Part shown: positions 1 to 10,212 of the stretch, in pieces
How the letters are laid out: each line of letters opens with the position of its first letter
Numbering within the stretch: position 1 is the stretch's first letter
Origin: an uncultured Prevotellaceae bacterium
GTDB taxonomy: Bacteria; Bacteroidota; Bacteroidia; Bacteroidales; Bacteroidaceae
NCBI GenBank assembly: GCA_916438195.1
Contig: CAKAEQ010000001.1
Location: forward strand, 1,732,900-1,796,899
DNA length: 64,000 nt
Direction: 5' to 3'
Notes under the pieces: model-generated
What the model was told of the DNA's origin: nothing
What the model saw: the letters and a program-made list of their open reading frames with translations, nothing else
The model's database searches: none
Position numbers and translations under genes: made by a program

Positions 1-2
1 AC

Positions 3-1010
3 TATGTACTGCAACACATCAACAACAAGATTTTCCCCGACGTTGATATGCTGATGAACAACATTATCCACGTCACCGACCATATCCGCAAAAAGCTGGA
101 GGCCAACCACACGGAGGACATTGAGCGCAAGTGCCTGCGTTTCATTCCGGCAAAGGATGGAAAATACTACTACTTCGATGGAGAGAAATATTGGCGCGTT
201 ATGGTCTACATCCCCGATACTACAAGCATGACGGAGGTCACTCCCGAAACGAGCTTCATCGTAGGCGAAACGTTCGGACAGTTCCAGAGCTGGCTGGCAG
301 ATATCCCTGTAAAACTGGGCGAGACCATTAAGGATTTCCACAACCTCGAATTCCGTCTCCACCAACTCGAAGAAGCTGCAAAGGAGAACCGTAGCGGCCG
401 CGTGGACAATGTGCGTGATCTCATCGCAGCCATTAAGGAACGCGCTGAAGAGATGACAAAAGCCGAACGCTTGCAGCGCGAAGGCAAACTCAAGAAACGC
501 ATCTGCCACTGCGATACGAAAGTAGACAACATCCTCTTTGATAAAGACGGCAAAGTGCTTTGTGTCATCGATCTCGATACGGTTATGCCCAACTTCATCT
601 TCTCTGATTTTGGCGACTACCTACGTTCGGCTGCCAACACAGGTAAAGAGGACGACCCGAACCTGGACAATGTGAATTTCAATATTGAGATTTTCAAAGC
701 TTTCGCTAAGGGCTATCTCCACAGTGCAGGCGTATTCCTCACCCCGGTTGAGGTGGAAAACCTCCCCTATGCTGCAAAGCTCTTCCCCTATATGCAATCT
801 GTGCGCTTCCTCATCGACTACATCAACGGCGATGTATATTACAAGACACAGTATGCCGACCACAACTTAGTGCGCGCTCGCGCACAGTGGAAACTCTTTG
901 AGAGCGCAGACCAGCACGAAACGGAAATGGAAATCTTCATCAAGCAAGTGGTGGGTCAGCGTGGCCCTGCTGGTCAGTACAACAACCTCTTGAACACTTT
1001 TGAGGCATAA
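3..1010 (+). CDS. Aminoglycoside-phosphotransferase-fold sugar kinase (NahK/MdsC-like N-acetylhexosamine kinase family), 5'-truncated by window edge
   Basis: Frame open from position 3; Brenner-type motif HCDTKVDNILFD and VIDLDTVMP..DFGD typical of APH/NahK kinases. Confidence 0.8.
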   Translation, partial: YVLQHINNKIFPDVDMLMNNIIHVTDHIRKKLEANHTEDIERKCLRFIPAKDGKYYYFDGEKYWRVMVYIPDTTSMTEVTPETSFIVGETFGQFQSWLADIPVKLGETIKDFHNLEFRLHQLEEAAKENRSGRVDNVRDLIAAIKERAEEMTKAERLQREGKLKKRICHCDTKVDNILFDKDGKVLCVIDLDTVMPNFIFSDFGDYLRSAANTGKEDDPNLDNVNFNIEIFKAFAKGYLHSAGVFLTPVEVENLPYAAKLFPYMQSVRFLIDYINGDVYYKTQYADHNLVRARAQWKLFESADQHETEMEIFIKQVVGQRGPAGQYNNLLNTFEA

Positions 1011-1045
1011 CAACAAGGCTTCATGCCTTCACATTATCTCTATAC

Positions 1046-1079
1046 AAGGGAATTTCCACAGCTTGGAAGTTCCCTTTTT
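1046..1079 (+). terminator. Intrinsic terminator after the kinase gene
   Basis: AAGGGAATTTCCA-cagct-TGGAAGTTCCCTT followed by T-run. Confidence 0.75.
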
Positions 1080-1280
1080 CATACGTTCCAGATAACGCCT
1101 TACTGCCTAATAACTTGACAAACCATTTTCTTAAAAGAGACTGAGAATGCAGCTATCTTGCCCACTTTTAGATGGTCAACGCGCATCCGTGCCTTCGTTT
1201 TTCAGAAAATTCCCATCCAGAAGAGGCGTTGCAGTATTGTAAGCGCATTTTCCAGTACCATTTCACAGAATATTTTCTTT

Positions 1281-2703
1281 TATTGCTGTCCGGTAAACTT
1301 CCAAACGGCATAAGAAAGCTCCCCGAAGCCCTTTAGAATAGGACTTCGGGCTTTCTTTTTCAAAAAGCAAGCCCCCTAATCAAATAATGAAGGTTCTAGT
1401 GGTGGGGATTTAGCTCTTTCAGCCCAAATTGCACACTCATCCTTTTGGGGATCTTCCATGAAAGCAATGAAATTGGTGTAATACATGAGCGTCAATCTAA
1501 GCATGGTTACGATTTGAGAAAAAGAAACGTGTCTTTTAATCATTCTGGACAGTACTGTACACAAGAGATTGGCGATGAGTACCACCCAGGTTTGTATCTG
1601 GATGGCATTCACGCTCTCACCATAGAAAAAGTGCAAAGGAAAATTCTGTTTCAGTTGTTTATAGAGAGTTTCTATAGCCCACCTTCGTTTGTAGATTTCA
1701 GCAAGTTCCTCAACCGATAGTTCAAAATTATTAGTCAGTAACGTCACCGACTTCCGAGAGTTATTGCTCCATAGCTCTACGCATCGGGCTTCGTGCCTTA
1801 CCTTCTCTTTCTCAAAAAGAATGTGTTTGTCGATATGAGTGACCAAACCATCACGAGAAACATAGGCTGTAGAAGCCAATTCCTGGTAGTTGAGGTTTTT
1901 CTTCATCTTAGTCACATAGCAGACACCTTCTTCCGTAAGCCTTTGAAACTGTGCATAGTCTATATAGGCTCTATCCATTGCCAAGGTGGAATCTTGGGGC
2001 AGGTGCACCTTTTTGAGAAGATAATGATCGTGTTTGGCCGCGGAAGTCAGTTCTACCACCATAGGTACACCTACTTGATACTTCATAATGGTATGTACCT
2101 TCATTCCGCCTTTCTTCTTCCCGCTTTTGGGATGTCTACCTACTCCCTTGAGAATGTTGTCAAAGAGCGTGATTGTGGTAGAATCTATCATATAAAGCTG
2201 CTTCTCCCACGCTTTTTTGACAGCCCACAGGTCGGCTGTCCGCTAAAAATGGAGTGTAGCGTTCCAATAGAGAGCCATAAACCTTGGCAAAGAACTCTTG
2301 TGGACGCCGCTGGTTGGCTTCTGCAAGCGTACTGCGACGGACAACGTAATCAAGACCCAAGTGGGAGAGTTTCATGGTCTCGGCTTTCATGCCAATCTCC
2401 AATTCACGCAGAGAATCAAAGTGTTTGAGAACACCAAAGAGCATAATGATGAGGTGTTTCCAGCCTGTCAAACGCTTTACATAGCGTTCGCTCCCTAGCG
2501 TTTCAAGACTAATTTGTTGAATTTTGGCTTTATCCAGCAATTTTATGACCTGACTATAGACCGGCTGTCCGGTAAAATATGTACTTTTGCTCATGTTACT
2601 AGAGTTTTTTTTGCAACAAGCAAAGTAACAAAAGAGGCTGAAATCCTGCAAGAGGGTTTCAGCCTTATTTTTTGACCTGTAAAACTTTTACCGGACAGCA
2701 ATA
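1281..2703 (-). mobile_element. IS4-family insertion sequence (1423 bp)
   Basis: Perfect 17-bp terminal inverted repeats TATTGCTGTCCGGTAAA (1281-1297) / TTTACCGGACAGCAATA (2687-2703); 9-bp direct repeat ATTTTCTTT at 1272-1280 and 2704-2712; encloses a DDE transposase. Confidence 0.93.
1376..2594 (-). CDS. IS4-family DDE transposase (DUF4372-like N-terminus + DDE_Tnp_1), frameshifted near 2215
   Basis: MSKSTYFTGQPVYSQ N-terminus; IDSTTI, MDRAY and YKRRWAIETLYKQLKQ (IS4 YREK signature) spread over two ORFs. Confidence 0.9.
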
Positions 2704-2708
2704 ATTTT

Positions 2709-2799
2709 CTTTATCCTGTCAGCTCACACAATAAGGATGTCAGCCAGTGCAATAAGGATACTCGTCAACAACCTTATTGTATCCGCCAACAGCCTTATC
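2709..2799. repeat. 21-bp-period AATAAGG/CCTTATT array, copy A
   Basis: Boxes at 2709 (CTTTATC), 2730, 2751 (AATAAGG), 2772 (CCTTATT), 2793 (CCTTATC). Confidence 0.85.
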
Positions 2800-2921
2800 A
2801 AATGAGTCCGTGCAGGCAGGGACGGAATAAGCCACCGTATCTTCCGCTGATTTTTACGCTATTCTTGAGAACTGAAAACTGCGAAGATTCTTTACGAGAG
2901 ATATGCGGCCTTTGGCTTTAA

Positions 2922-3044
2922 GCCCACGAATGGACACGAATAAGGCGAATGAGTACGAATTTATATTTTCAATATCTCATTTGTGAGTACTTATCGAAAA
3001 AGAAAATTCGTGTCCATTCGCCTCCTTCGTGAAACTTCGTGGGC
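2922..3044. repeat. Imperfect ~41-bp inverted repeat built from ~10-bp CACGAA units
   Basis: GCCCACGAATGGACACGAATAAGGCGAATGAGTACGAATTT (2922-2962) versus AAATTCGTGTCCATTCGCCTCCTTCGTGAAACTTCGTGGGC (3004-3044). Confidence 0.75.
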
Positions 3045-3105
3045 CAAAAGCTCTCCTCTTCGCGGCTAAAACATAGAAACCGCAAGACCAATCCGCAAAA
3101 AGTTG

Positions 3106-3113
3106 TACCTTTG
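3106..3113 (+). promoter_or_regulatory. Bacteroidetes primary-sigma -7 element
   Basis: TACCTTTG, 27 nt upstream of ATG 3141. Confidence 0.65.
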
Positions 3114-3140
3114 TCAGCAAAGTAATCATATACCTTGATA

Positions 3141-4717
3141 ATGTCACACAAAAAAACTTACAAGCCGCAACACAAAGCCCCGGCAAAGCAGACGCCAACA
3201 AAGGCCGTGAAGCCTAAAAAACAGTTTTGTTGGAATCCCTTTATCAAAATTTGCGGCTTCGTGTTGTTGTTCGTTTTTTGCACTTTCATCTATGGCGATG
3301 TCTTTGTGCGCGCACAGCAAGATGCCTTCGTGGTGAGCGATGCCACATCTATGAAGTTCCTCACCGATACGCCCTTCGGCCATCTCTTTTGGTTCGGCCG
3401 CTATCTGATGGTGGTGTTCAAATCGAAATGGGTGGGCGGTCTCATTCTCTCCACTCTCCTCACAGCCATCGCTTGCCAATTGGATGCCATTTTCCGTATC
3501 CCCTGGCGGGGCATAGCCTTTCTCCTGCCCATTGCCATCATGGCCTACATTGTTGAACTGGGCACTAACCTCTACTACAAAGCCGAGCCGAGCCGCCTAA
3601 TGCTCATTCCGTTCCTCACACTGGTGGTGCTCTTCGTGGTGGCACAAATTATGCGCTTCATCCGCCGTGGCAAAGAGCAGTCCGAGACAAGCAACAAAGG
3701 GCTACGCATCGGTCTCCTATTGGCCGTTGCTGGTTTCGCTGGTCTCTATGCCGATGCGATGTATCGCCATCAAAACGATATTCTCGGAGCTAAAATGCAG
3801 AACAAGATGATGGAGCAGGACTGGGAGGGAATGATCGACGATGCCATGTCAGCGCGCCGCCCCACCCGCACCGTGGCCGCCTACCATGCCATAGCGCTGC
3901 TCCGCACCGATCAGCTCTTGGATCGCCTTTTTGAAATCCCCTACGACTATCCCGATGCAGGTCTGAAAAAGATGGATGGCAGCGAGGAGTATGGACTACT
4001 CCAGGCGGATTGCGACTTTTCCGCCGGACTCGTGCAACCAGCCTACCACTATGCCTTTGAGCGCATCGTGATGGACGGACCCACCACGCGCAACCTCAAG
4101 CGCTGTGCGCTCTGTGCCATCCTGACTGGTGAGAAAGAGCTGGCCGAAAAATACCTCAACATATTGAAACACGTTCCGTTTGAGCAAACTTTTGTGAATC
4201 GCTATGAGCCGATGCTCAACAATCCTAAGCTCATTGATGAAGACTCGGAGTTGGCTGGTGTCAAGAAGTTTCTCCCGAAAGAGGACCTTTCGAACAAAAC
4301 TATCGTCAGCCTGTATTCTTGGGCTACAATCTCGGTGTGAACAGGGGTTCCAACGAAACGCTCATCACCTCAGCTGCGGCGTGTCTCTATTCCAAAGACT
4401 TGGTGGCATTGCTCCCGCGTGTAAATTTTATGGTGCAAAACGGGATGCCCATTTCTCAAACCATGCAAGAGGCCCTCGCCTGCCTCGCCATCAAGCAAGG
4501 CTATCAAGACGTGGTAAAGCAGTACGGAGTGAACCAAATGATTATGGCCAACCTCCAATCTTTCCTCATGGCGGCCCGACCTTATACTAAGGACAAGGAG
4601 GCTCTACGCGCCAACCTGAAAAAGGATTGGTTGGGCACTTACTTCTACTATTATTTCTGCGAAAACAATGAAGGTAATGTGGACAGCAACCGTAAAAATA
4701 AAGGACAGGTCAACTAA
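3141..4717 (+). CDS. DUF6057-like multi-pass membrane protein, frameshifted near 4290
   Basis: Several N-terminal TM segments followed by a helical soluble region ending TYFYYYF; two ORFs join by adding one T in a T-run. Confidence 0.65.
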
Positions 4718-4733
4718 ATTGCTCAACTGAATT

Positions 4734-6256
4734 ATGAAAAAAATATATTTCTTTTTGCTCGCGCTCTTTGCCTTTGCTTCTTGTGCCAAGGAGGTGAGCA
4801 TTCCTCAAAATGCCACCCCCGTGAAGGAGGTGGCAGGTATATACCCCGACTACCGCGACATCACCATTCCGCCCAACATTGCTCCACTCAATTTCCAGGT
4901 GACAGCAAAGGGCGACAACTTTGTGGGAGTAATCCAAGGACAAGGCGTGCAGCTCGTGGCAGGGGGTAATGAGGATGGAAAACTCTTCCTCGACAGCACC
5001 GAATGGCGCAAGCTGCTCACGGCCAACAAGGGGCGCGACTTGAGCGTGGAACTCTATGCTGAGCGTAACGGCCAGTGGGTGAGTTTCCCGAAATATGTTA
5101 TCCATGTAGCCAAAGAGCCTATCGACAAATATCTCTCTTATCGCCTCATCGAACCCAGCTACGAACTCTATCGCCAACTGGGCATCTATCAGCGCGATTT
5201 GGAAAACTTCGAACAAACGCCGATTTATGAAAACAACCGTACGTTTGATGAAAAGGAGAACCATTGCATCAACTGCCACAACTATCAGGCTTACGACACG
5301 AAGCGTATGCTCTTCCACGTTCGCGCCATTCACGGCGGAACAATGCTGATAGAGAACGGAAAGATTGAGAAGCTAAACATGAAAACCGACTCTACACTGG
5401 CCAACACCGTATACCCAACGTGGCACCCAACACGCAACTGGGTGGTTTTCTCCAGTAACAAGACGGGACAGGCTTTCCACATGATCAATAAGAATAAGAT
5501 AGAAGTGGTGGACTATGCCAGCGACCTCGTTTTCTATGATGCGGACAACAACAAGCTCTCAAATATTTCAAAACCGACGACCATTTTGAGACATTCCCTT
5601 GCTGGGCTCCTGATGGCAAGAAACTCTACTATTGCGATGCTTATGTACCCGATTTCAAAGGACTGCCCGATAGCCTGGCCATCAATCGCATATTGGAACG
5701 CCACGATTCTGTGCGCTATAATATATATAGTATGACATTCGACGAGAAGACCCGCCGGTTCGGACCACCACAATTGGAGGTAAACTCTACAAGTATGGGC
5801 CTCAGCGCAAGTGTTCCGCGTGTCAGTCCCGATGGACGATACTTGCTCTTCACCCTCGGAAAATACGGCCAGTTCCACATCTGGCACAAATCAAGCGACC
5901 TATGGATCAAAGACTTAACGACTGGAGAGATTCGCCCTCTCACGGAAGCCAACAGCCCTGACGTAGACAGCTATCACACATGGTCGAGCAACGGCCGCTG
6001 GTTTGTGTTTAGCAGTCGGCGCATGGACGGCTCTTACACGCGCCCTTTTATTGCCTACTTCGATAAGGAGGGCCGCGCCCACAAAGCTTTCGTCCTACCA
6101 CAGGCCGACCCAGAAGAAAACAAACTATTACTCAAGAGCTTCAATGTTCCCGAACTCACACGAACAAAGGTGGAAGTATCGGCCGACAAGATACGCGAAG
6201 CAGTCTACGATGACAAACACACTAAAAAAGTGGACTATTCACCACTTGGGAAATAA
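4734..6256 (+). CDS. Lipoprotein with CxxCH motif and TolB/PD40 beta-propeller repeats, frameshifted near 5570
   Basis: Lipobox FASC; YPDY..TIPPNIAPLNF; CINCH; PTWHP, PRVSPDGRYL and HTWSSNGRWFVFSSRR repeats. Confidence 0.75.
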
Positions 6257-6260
6257 TCTC

Positions 6261-6308
6261 CAAATCTCCGCAAGAACTCAGAAATTCTTGCGGAGATTTG
6301 CTATTTTT
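6261..6308 (+). terminator. Intrinsic terminator
   Basis: CAAATCTCCGCAAGA...TCTTGCGGAGATTTG stem then CTATTTTT. Confidence 0.75.
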
Positions 6309-6356
6309 AGACTTCATTTCTTAGAAAAACTTCTTGCGATTTCTTCTGAACTTTCT

Positions 6357-6364
6357 TAACTTTG
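6357..6364 (+). promoter_or_regulatory. -7 promoter element for glmM
   Basis: TAACTTTG with TTG about 20 nt upstream. Confidence 0.65.
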
Positions 6365-6403
6365 TGCTGTCTATCAAGAAAACTAAAACCTAACTCAAAA
6401 TAA

Positions 6404-7823
6404 ATGACACTCATAAAATCTATCTCTGGTTTCCGCGGCACCATCGGCGGCCACACTGGAGATACACTTAATCCGCTCGACATTGTAAAGTCTGTAACAG
6501 CGTATGCAACCCTCCGTGCTGCAAAAGTTGGCGGAAAAGTACAGAAAAAAATTGTCGTGGGACGCGATGCGCGCATTTCAGGTGAAATGGTGAGCCACTG
6601 TGTCTGCGGCACTCTTATGGGATTGGGCTTCGATGTAGTCAACATCGGCCTGGCCACTACTCCAACGACAGAAATAGCTGTTCCTGCTGAAAACGCTGTA
6701 GGAGGTATCATCCTGACGGCTTCTCACAATCCTCGACAGTGGAATGCACTCAAGCTCCTCAACGAACTTGGAGAATTTATCCCCCCCAGCTGAGGCAGCA
6801 GAGGTGGTTCGCCTGGCCGACGATGAACGTTCCTTTGTCTATGCCGACGTAGATGAGCTCGGAAGCTACGAGGAAAAAAACATCTATGACCAATACCATA
6901 TTGATATGGTCAAAGGTTTGGAACTGGTAGATGTAGAAGCAATTCGAAACGCTAAGTTCCACGTCTGTCTCGACACTATCAATTCCGTGGGTGGCATTAT
7001 CCTACCGAAACTTCTCGACCAGCTGGGCGTGACTTATGACATACTGAATGGTGAGCCCAACGGACAGTTTGCTCACAATCCCGAACCGCTGCGCAAAAAT
7101 CTGAATGAGATTTGCAGCGTGATGAAAGAAAAGCACTACGACATCGGTTTTGTTTGTGACCCCGACGTAGATCGCTTGGTTTTCATCCAAGAAGACGGTG
7201 AAATGTATGGAGAAGAATACACCCTTGTTACTTGTGCTGACTGGGTTCTCCAACACACGAAAGGAAACACCGTTAGTAACCTCTCGTCCACCCGTGCCCT
7301 GCGCGATGTAACAGAGAAAAACGGTGGACAGTATACCCCTTCTGCTGTGGGCGAGATTAACGTCGTGCTGAAGATGAAGGAAACTAATGCCGTGATTGGC
7401 GGCGAGGGAAATGGCGGAATCATCTATCCGGCAGCCCACTATGGTCGTGACACATTAGTTGGTATTGCCTTGATGCTTACCTATATGGCAAAGTCGGGCA
7501 AAACGCCTTCGCAGCTGAAAGCACAGTATCCGCTCTACGCCATCGCAAAGAACCGTATCGATTTGCAGCCCCAAACTGACCTCAACGCTATTCTGGCCGA
7601 AGTTAGAAAAGAGTTCGCAAAAGAGAACCTTACTGAAATCGACGGTCTGAAGATTGATACCATCGACAAGTGGGTACACCTCAGAAAAAGCAACACCGAA
7701 CCCATCATCCGCATATTCTCGGAGGCTCACACCATTGAGGAAGCCGATGCTTTGGGTAAGCGACTCATTGACATCGTTGAGAAAACGATGAACAAGCAAG
7801 CCGCCGGTTCTGACAAAGCTTAA
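6404..7823 (+). CDS. glmM: Phosphoglucosamine mutase / phosphohexomutase, frameshifted in the C7 run at 6781
   Basis: MTLIKSISGFRGTIGG start, TASHNP phosphoserine loop, DPDVDR metal site, GGEGNGG, RKSNTEP. Confidence 0.88.
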
Positions 7824-7940
7824 ATACAATTTGACGCGAGAAGAATGTCTCTAAAAAGGCATACTTCTCGCGTCGATATGTATATACCCCCTCCCTAATT
7901 TTAATACTCCTTTCTTTTTATAATTCCTATCTCCCGCTTT

Positions 7941-9479
7941 ATGAAAAAGAAAACCCAAGCAGTAGCTCTGCTCTCTTTGCTACCTATGGCTGCAGCTGCT
8001 CAACGCTACAATATAGTCTACATCATGACCGACGATCATACGGCGCAAATGATGTCTTGCTATGATAAGAGCCATATTTCTACTCCCAACTTAGACCGCA
8101 TTGCCCGCGACGGCGTTAAGTTTGTTAATTCCTACGTGGCAAATTCTCTTTCGGGTCCTTCACGCGCTTGCATGTTGACGGGTAAACATTCTCACAACAA
8201 CGGCTTCACCAACAACGAGCACGGTATCTTCGACGGATCGCAACAGACCATGCCGAAACTTCTGCAAAAGGCCGGCTACGAAACAGCCCTCATCGGTAAG
8301 TGGCACCTTATCAGTCTGCCCACTGGCTTTGACTACTGGAATATCATTCCAGGACAAGGTGATTACTACAACCCCGACTTCATCACGATGAAGAACGACA
8401 CCGTGCGAGAGAAAGGATACATCACGAACATCATCACGGACAAAAGTATCAACTGGTTAGAGCACCAGCGCGACAAGTCCAAACCTTTTGCACTCTTCAT
8501 CCATCATAAGGCCTGTCACCGTTGTTGGCTGCCCGAAATCAAGTATCTCCACGAATACGAGGATAAGACGTTCAAAGTGCCCGAGACTTTCTACGACGAC
8601 TACAAAGGCAGAGCCGCAGCAGCAGCTCAAGAGATGAGCATCGCTTCCTCCCACGACATGGACATTGTCTATGATGATAAAATCTACACCCCTGGAGCAG
8701 CCACGCGCCTAACGAACTCGTACCTCAGCATGATTGGACGCATGGATTCACGCGACCGTGCCGATTACGACTGCTTCTATGACAGTATTACAACCGACTT
8801 CAAGCAGCGCAATCTTTCTGGGCGCGAGCTGGCCGAATTCAAGTACCAGCGGTTCATGCGCGACTATGCCAAAGTAACAAAGTCCCTCGATGATAACGTA
8901 GGTAGAGTACTGGATGAGCTCAAACGCCTCAACCTGCTCGATTCAACCCTTGTGGTCTACACTTCCGACCAGGGATTCTACATGGGAGAGCATGGATGGT
9001 TCGACAAACGTTTCATGTACGAGGAGAGCCTTAACACGCCGCTCGTTATGCGCCTTCCCGCTGGCTTCAAAGGCCGCGGAGAAATCAAAGAGATGGTACA
9101 AAATATCGACTATGCCCCAACATTCCTCGATTTGGCAGGAGCTCCGATTCCAGCCGATATGGACGGCGTTTCCCTCCTGCCATTGCTCAAAGGACAACAC
9201 CCGAAGAATTGGCGCAAGAGTATTTACTACCACTTCTACGAGTACCCTGCTGAACACAGTGTCAAGCGCCATTACGGCGTACGTACGGACCGCTGGAAAC
9301 TTATTCACTTCTACAACGACATTGACGAATGGGAACTCTTCGATTTGAAGAATGATCCGCACGAACTCAATAATATCTATGGTCAGCCTGGTACGGAGAA
9401 AATCACGAAGGAACTTCGCAAGGAGCTTCATCGCCTACAAGGGCAATATCGTGACCCTATCGAATCACAACTGAAATAA
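7941..9479 (+). CDS. Secreted Ser-type sulfatase, probably N-acetylglucosamine-6-sulfatase (S1_11-like)
   Basis: Signal peptide; IMTDDH; SLSGPSRACMLTG (SxPxR); GKWHL; GEHGWFDKRFMYEES; HFYEYPAEHSVKRHYGVRT. Confidence 0.88.
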   Translation: MKKKTQAVALLSLLPMAAAAQRYNIVYIMTDDHTAQMMSCYDKSHISTPNLDRIARDGVKFVNSYVANSLSGPSRACMLTGKHSHNNGFTNNEHGIFDGSQQTMPKLLQKAGYETALIGKWHLISLPTGFDYWNIIPGQGDYYNPDFITMKNDTVREKGYITNIITDKSINWLEHQRDKSKPFALFIHHKACHRCWLPEIKYLHEYEDKTFKVPETFYDDYKGRAAAAAQEMSIASSHDMDIVYDDKIYTPGAATRLTNSYLSMIGRMDSRDRADYDCFYDSITTDFKQRNLSGRELAEFKYQRFMRDYAKVTKSLDDNVGRVLDELKRLNLLDSTLVVYTSDQGFYMGEHGWFDKRFMYEESLNTPLVMRLPAGFKGRGEIKEMVQNIDYAPTFLDLAGAPIPADMDGVSLLPLLKGQHPKNWRKSIYYHFYEYPAEHSVKRHYGVRTDRWKLIHFYNDIDEWELFDLKNDPHELNNIYGQPGTEKITKELRKELHRLQGQYRDPIESQLK

Positions 9480-9542
9480 AGAAAAGTGCTAATCCGCGCG
9501 GTCTGCCGCTCGCGATTAGCACATCAAAAGACAAACAAAATA

Positions 9543-10054
9543 GTGAAGACAATTTATTTAGCTGGTGGCTGCTTCTGGGGCACTGAGCACTTTTTCAAAC
9601 AGATACACGGAGTGGTCAATACAACCGTGGGCTATGCCAACGGCAATACGGAAACCCAACTTACGAGGAGGTCTGCTCCGACACAACCCACTTTGCCGAA
9701 ACCGTAAAGGTGGAATACGACGAGAAGAAAGTTCCTCTTTTCTTTTTGCTCCGTATGTATTTCCTGACAATCGACCCTACGCAGGTCGACGAACAAGGAG
9801 CAGACAAAGGTTCACAGTACAGAACAGGAATCTACTATGAGGACGAAGCCGACAAAGCCATCATAGAGGACGCCGTGGCCGAGGAAAGTTTCGCTTTCTC
9901 TGATCCGATTGCCACAGAAGTAATGCCACTAAAGAATTTCTATGCTGCCGAGGAATATCATCAAGACTACCTCGACAAGAACCCAAGTGGCTACTGTCAT
10001 ATCTCCCCCGAGCTCATGAAAATGGCCCGCGAAACACAGCGCATTGATAACTAA
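9543..10054 (+). CDS. msrA: Peptide methionine sulfoxide reductase A, frameshifted near 9655
   Basis: YLAGGCFWG catalytic motif; [31 protein letters not shown]. Confidence 0.9.
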
Positions 10055-10081
10055 TCCGCCTATTCATAGACTCTCCGCATC

Positions 10082-10114
10082 AACATCCGCCACTCACTCT
10101 GGCGGATGTTTTTT
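10082..10114 (+). terminator. Intrinsic terminator after msrA
   Basis: AACATCCGCCA-loop-TGGCGGATGTT plus TTTT. Confidence 0.75.
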
Positions 10115-10135
10115 GTATTATTTTGCACGAACCAC

Positions 10136-10176
10136 TGACAAAATGTCACCCTTATTCCATTTGGCGCGGCCTTTGT
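10136..10176 (+). promoter_or_regulatory. Putative heat-shock control region of clpB: TGACA-N3-TGTCA palindrome plus sigma54-like box
   Basis: TGACAAAATGTCA at 10136-10148; TTGGCGCGGCCTTTGT at 10161-10176 (GG-N10-GT). Confidence 0.45.
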
Positions 10177-10212
10177 CTTATTGTGTGGCAAAATAATAAA
10201 AATAAAAAAGTT

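Noticed and set aside
6770..6795. Programmed frameshifting or phase variation at the glmM C7 tract and other split genes
   Set aside because: Indels are spread across unrelated genes in short homopolymers with no shared slippery or stimulatory signal; assembly error is simpler.
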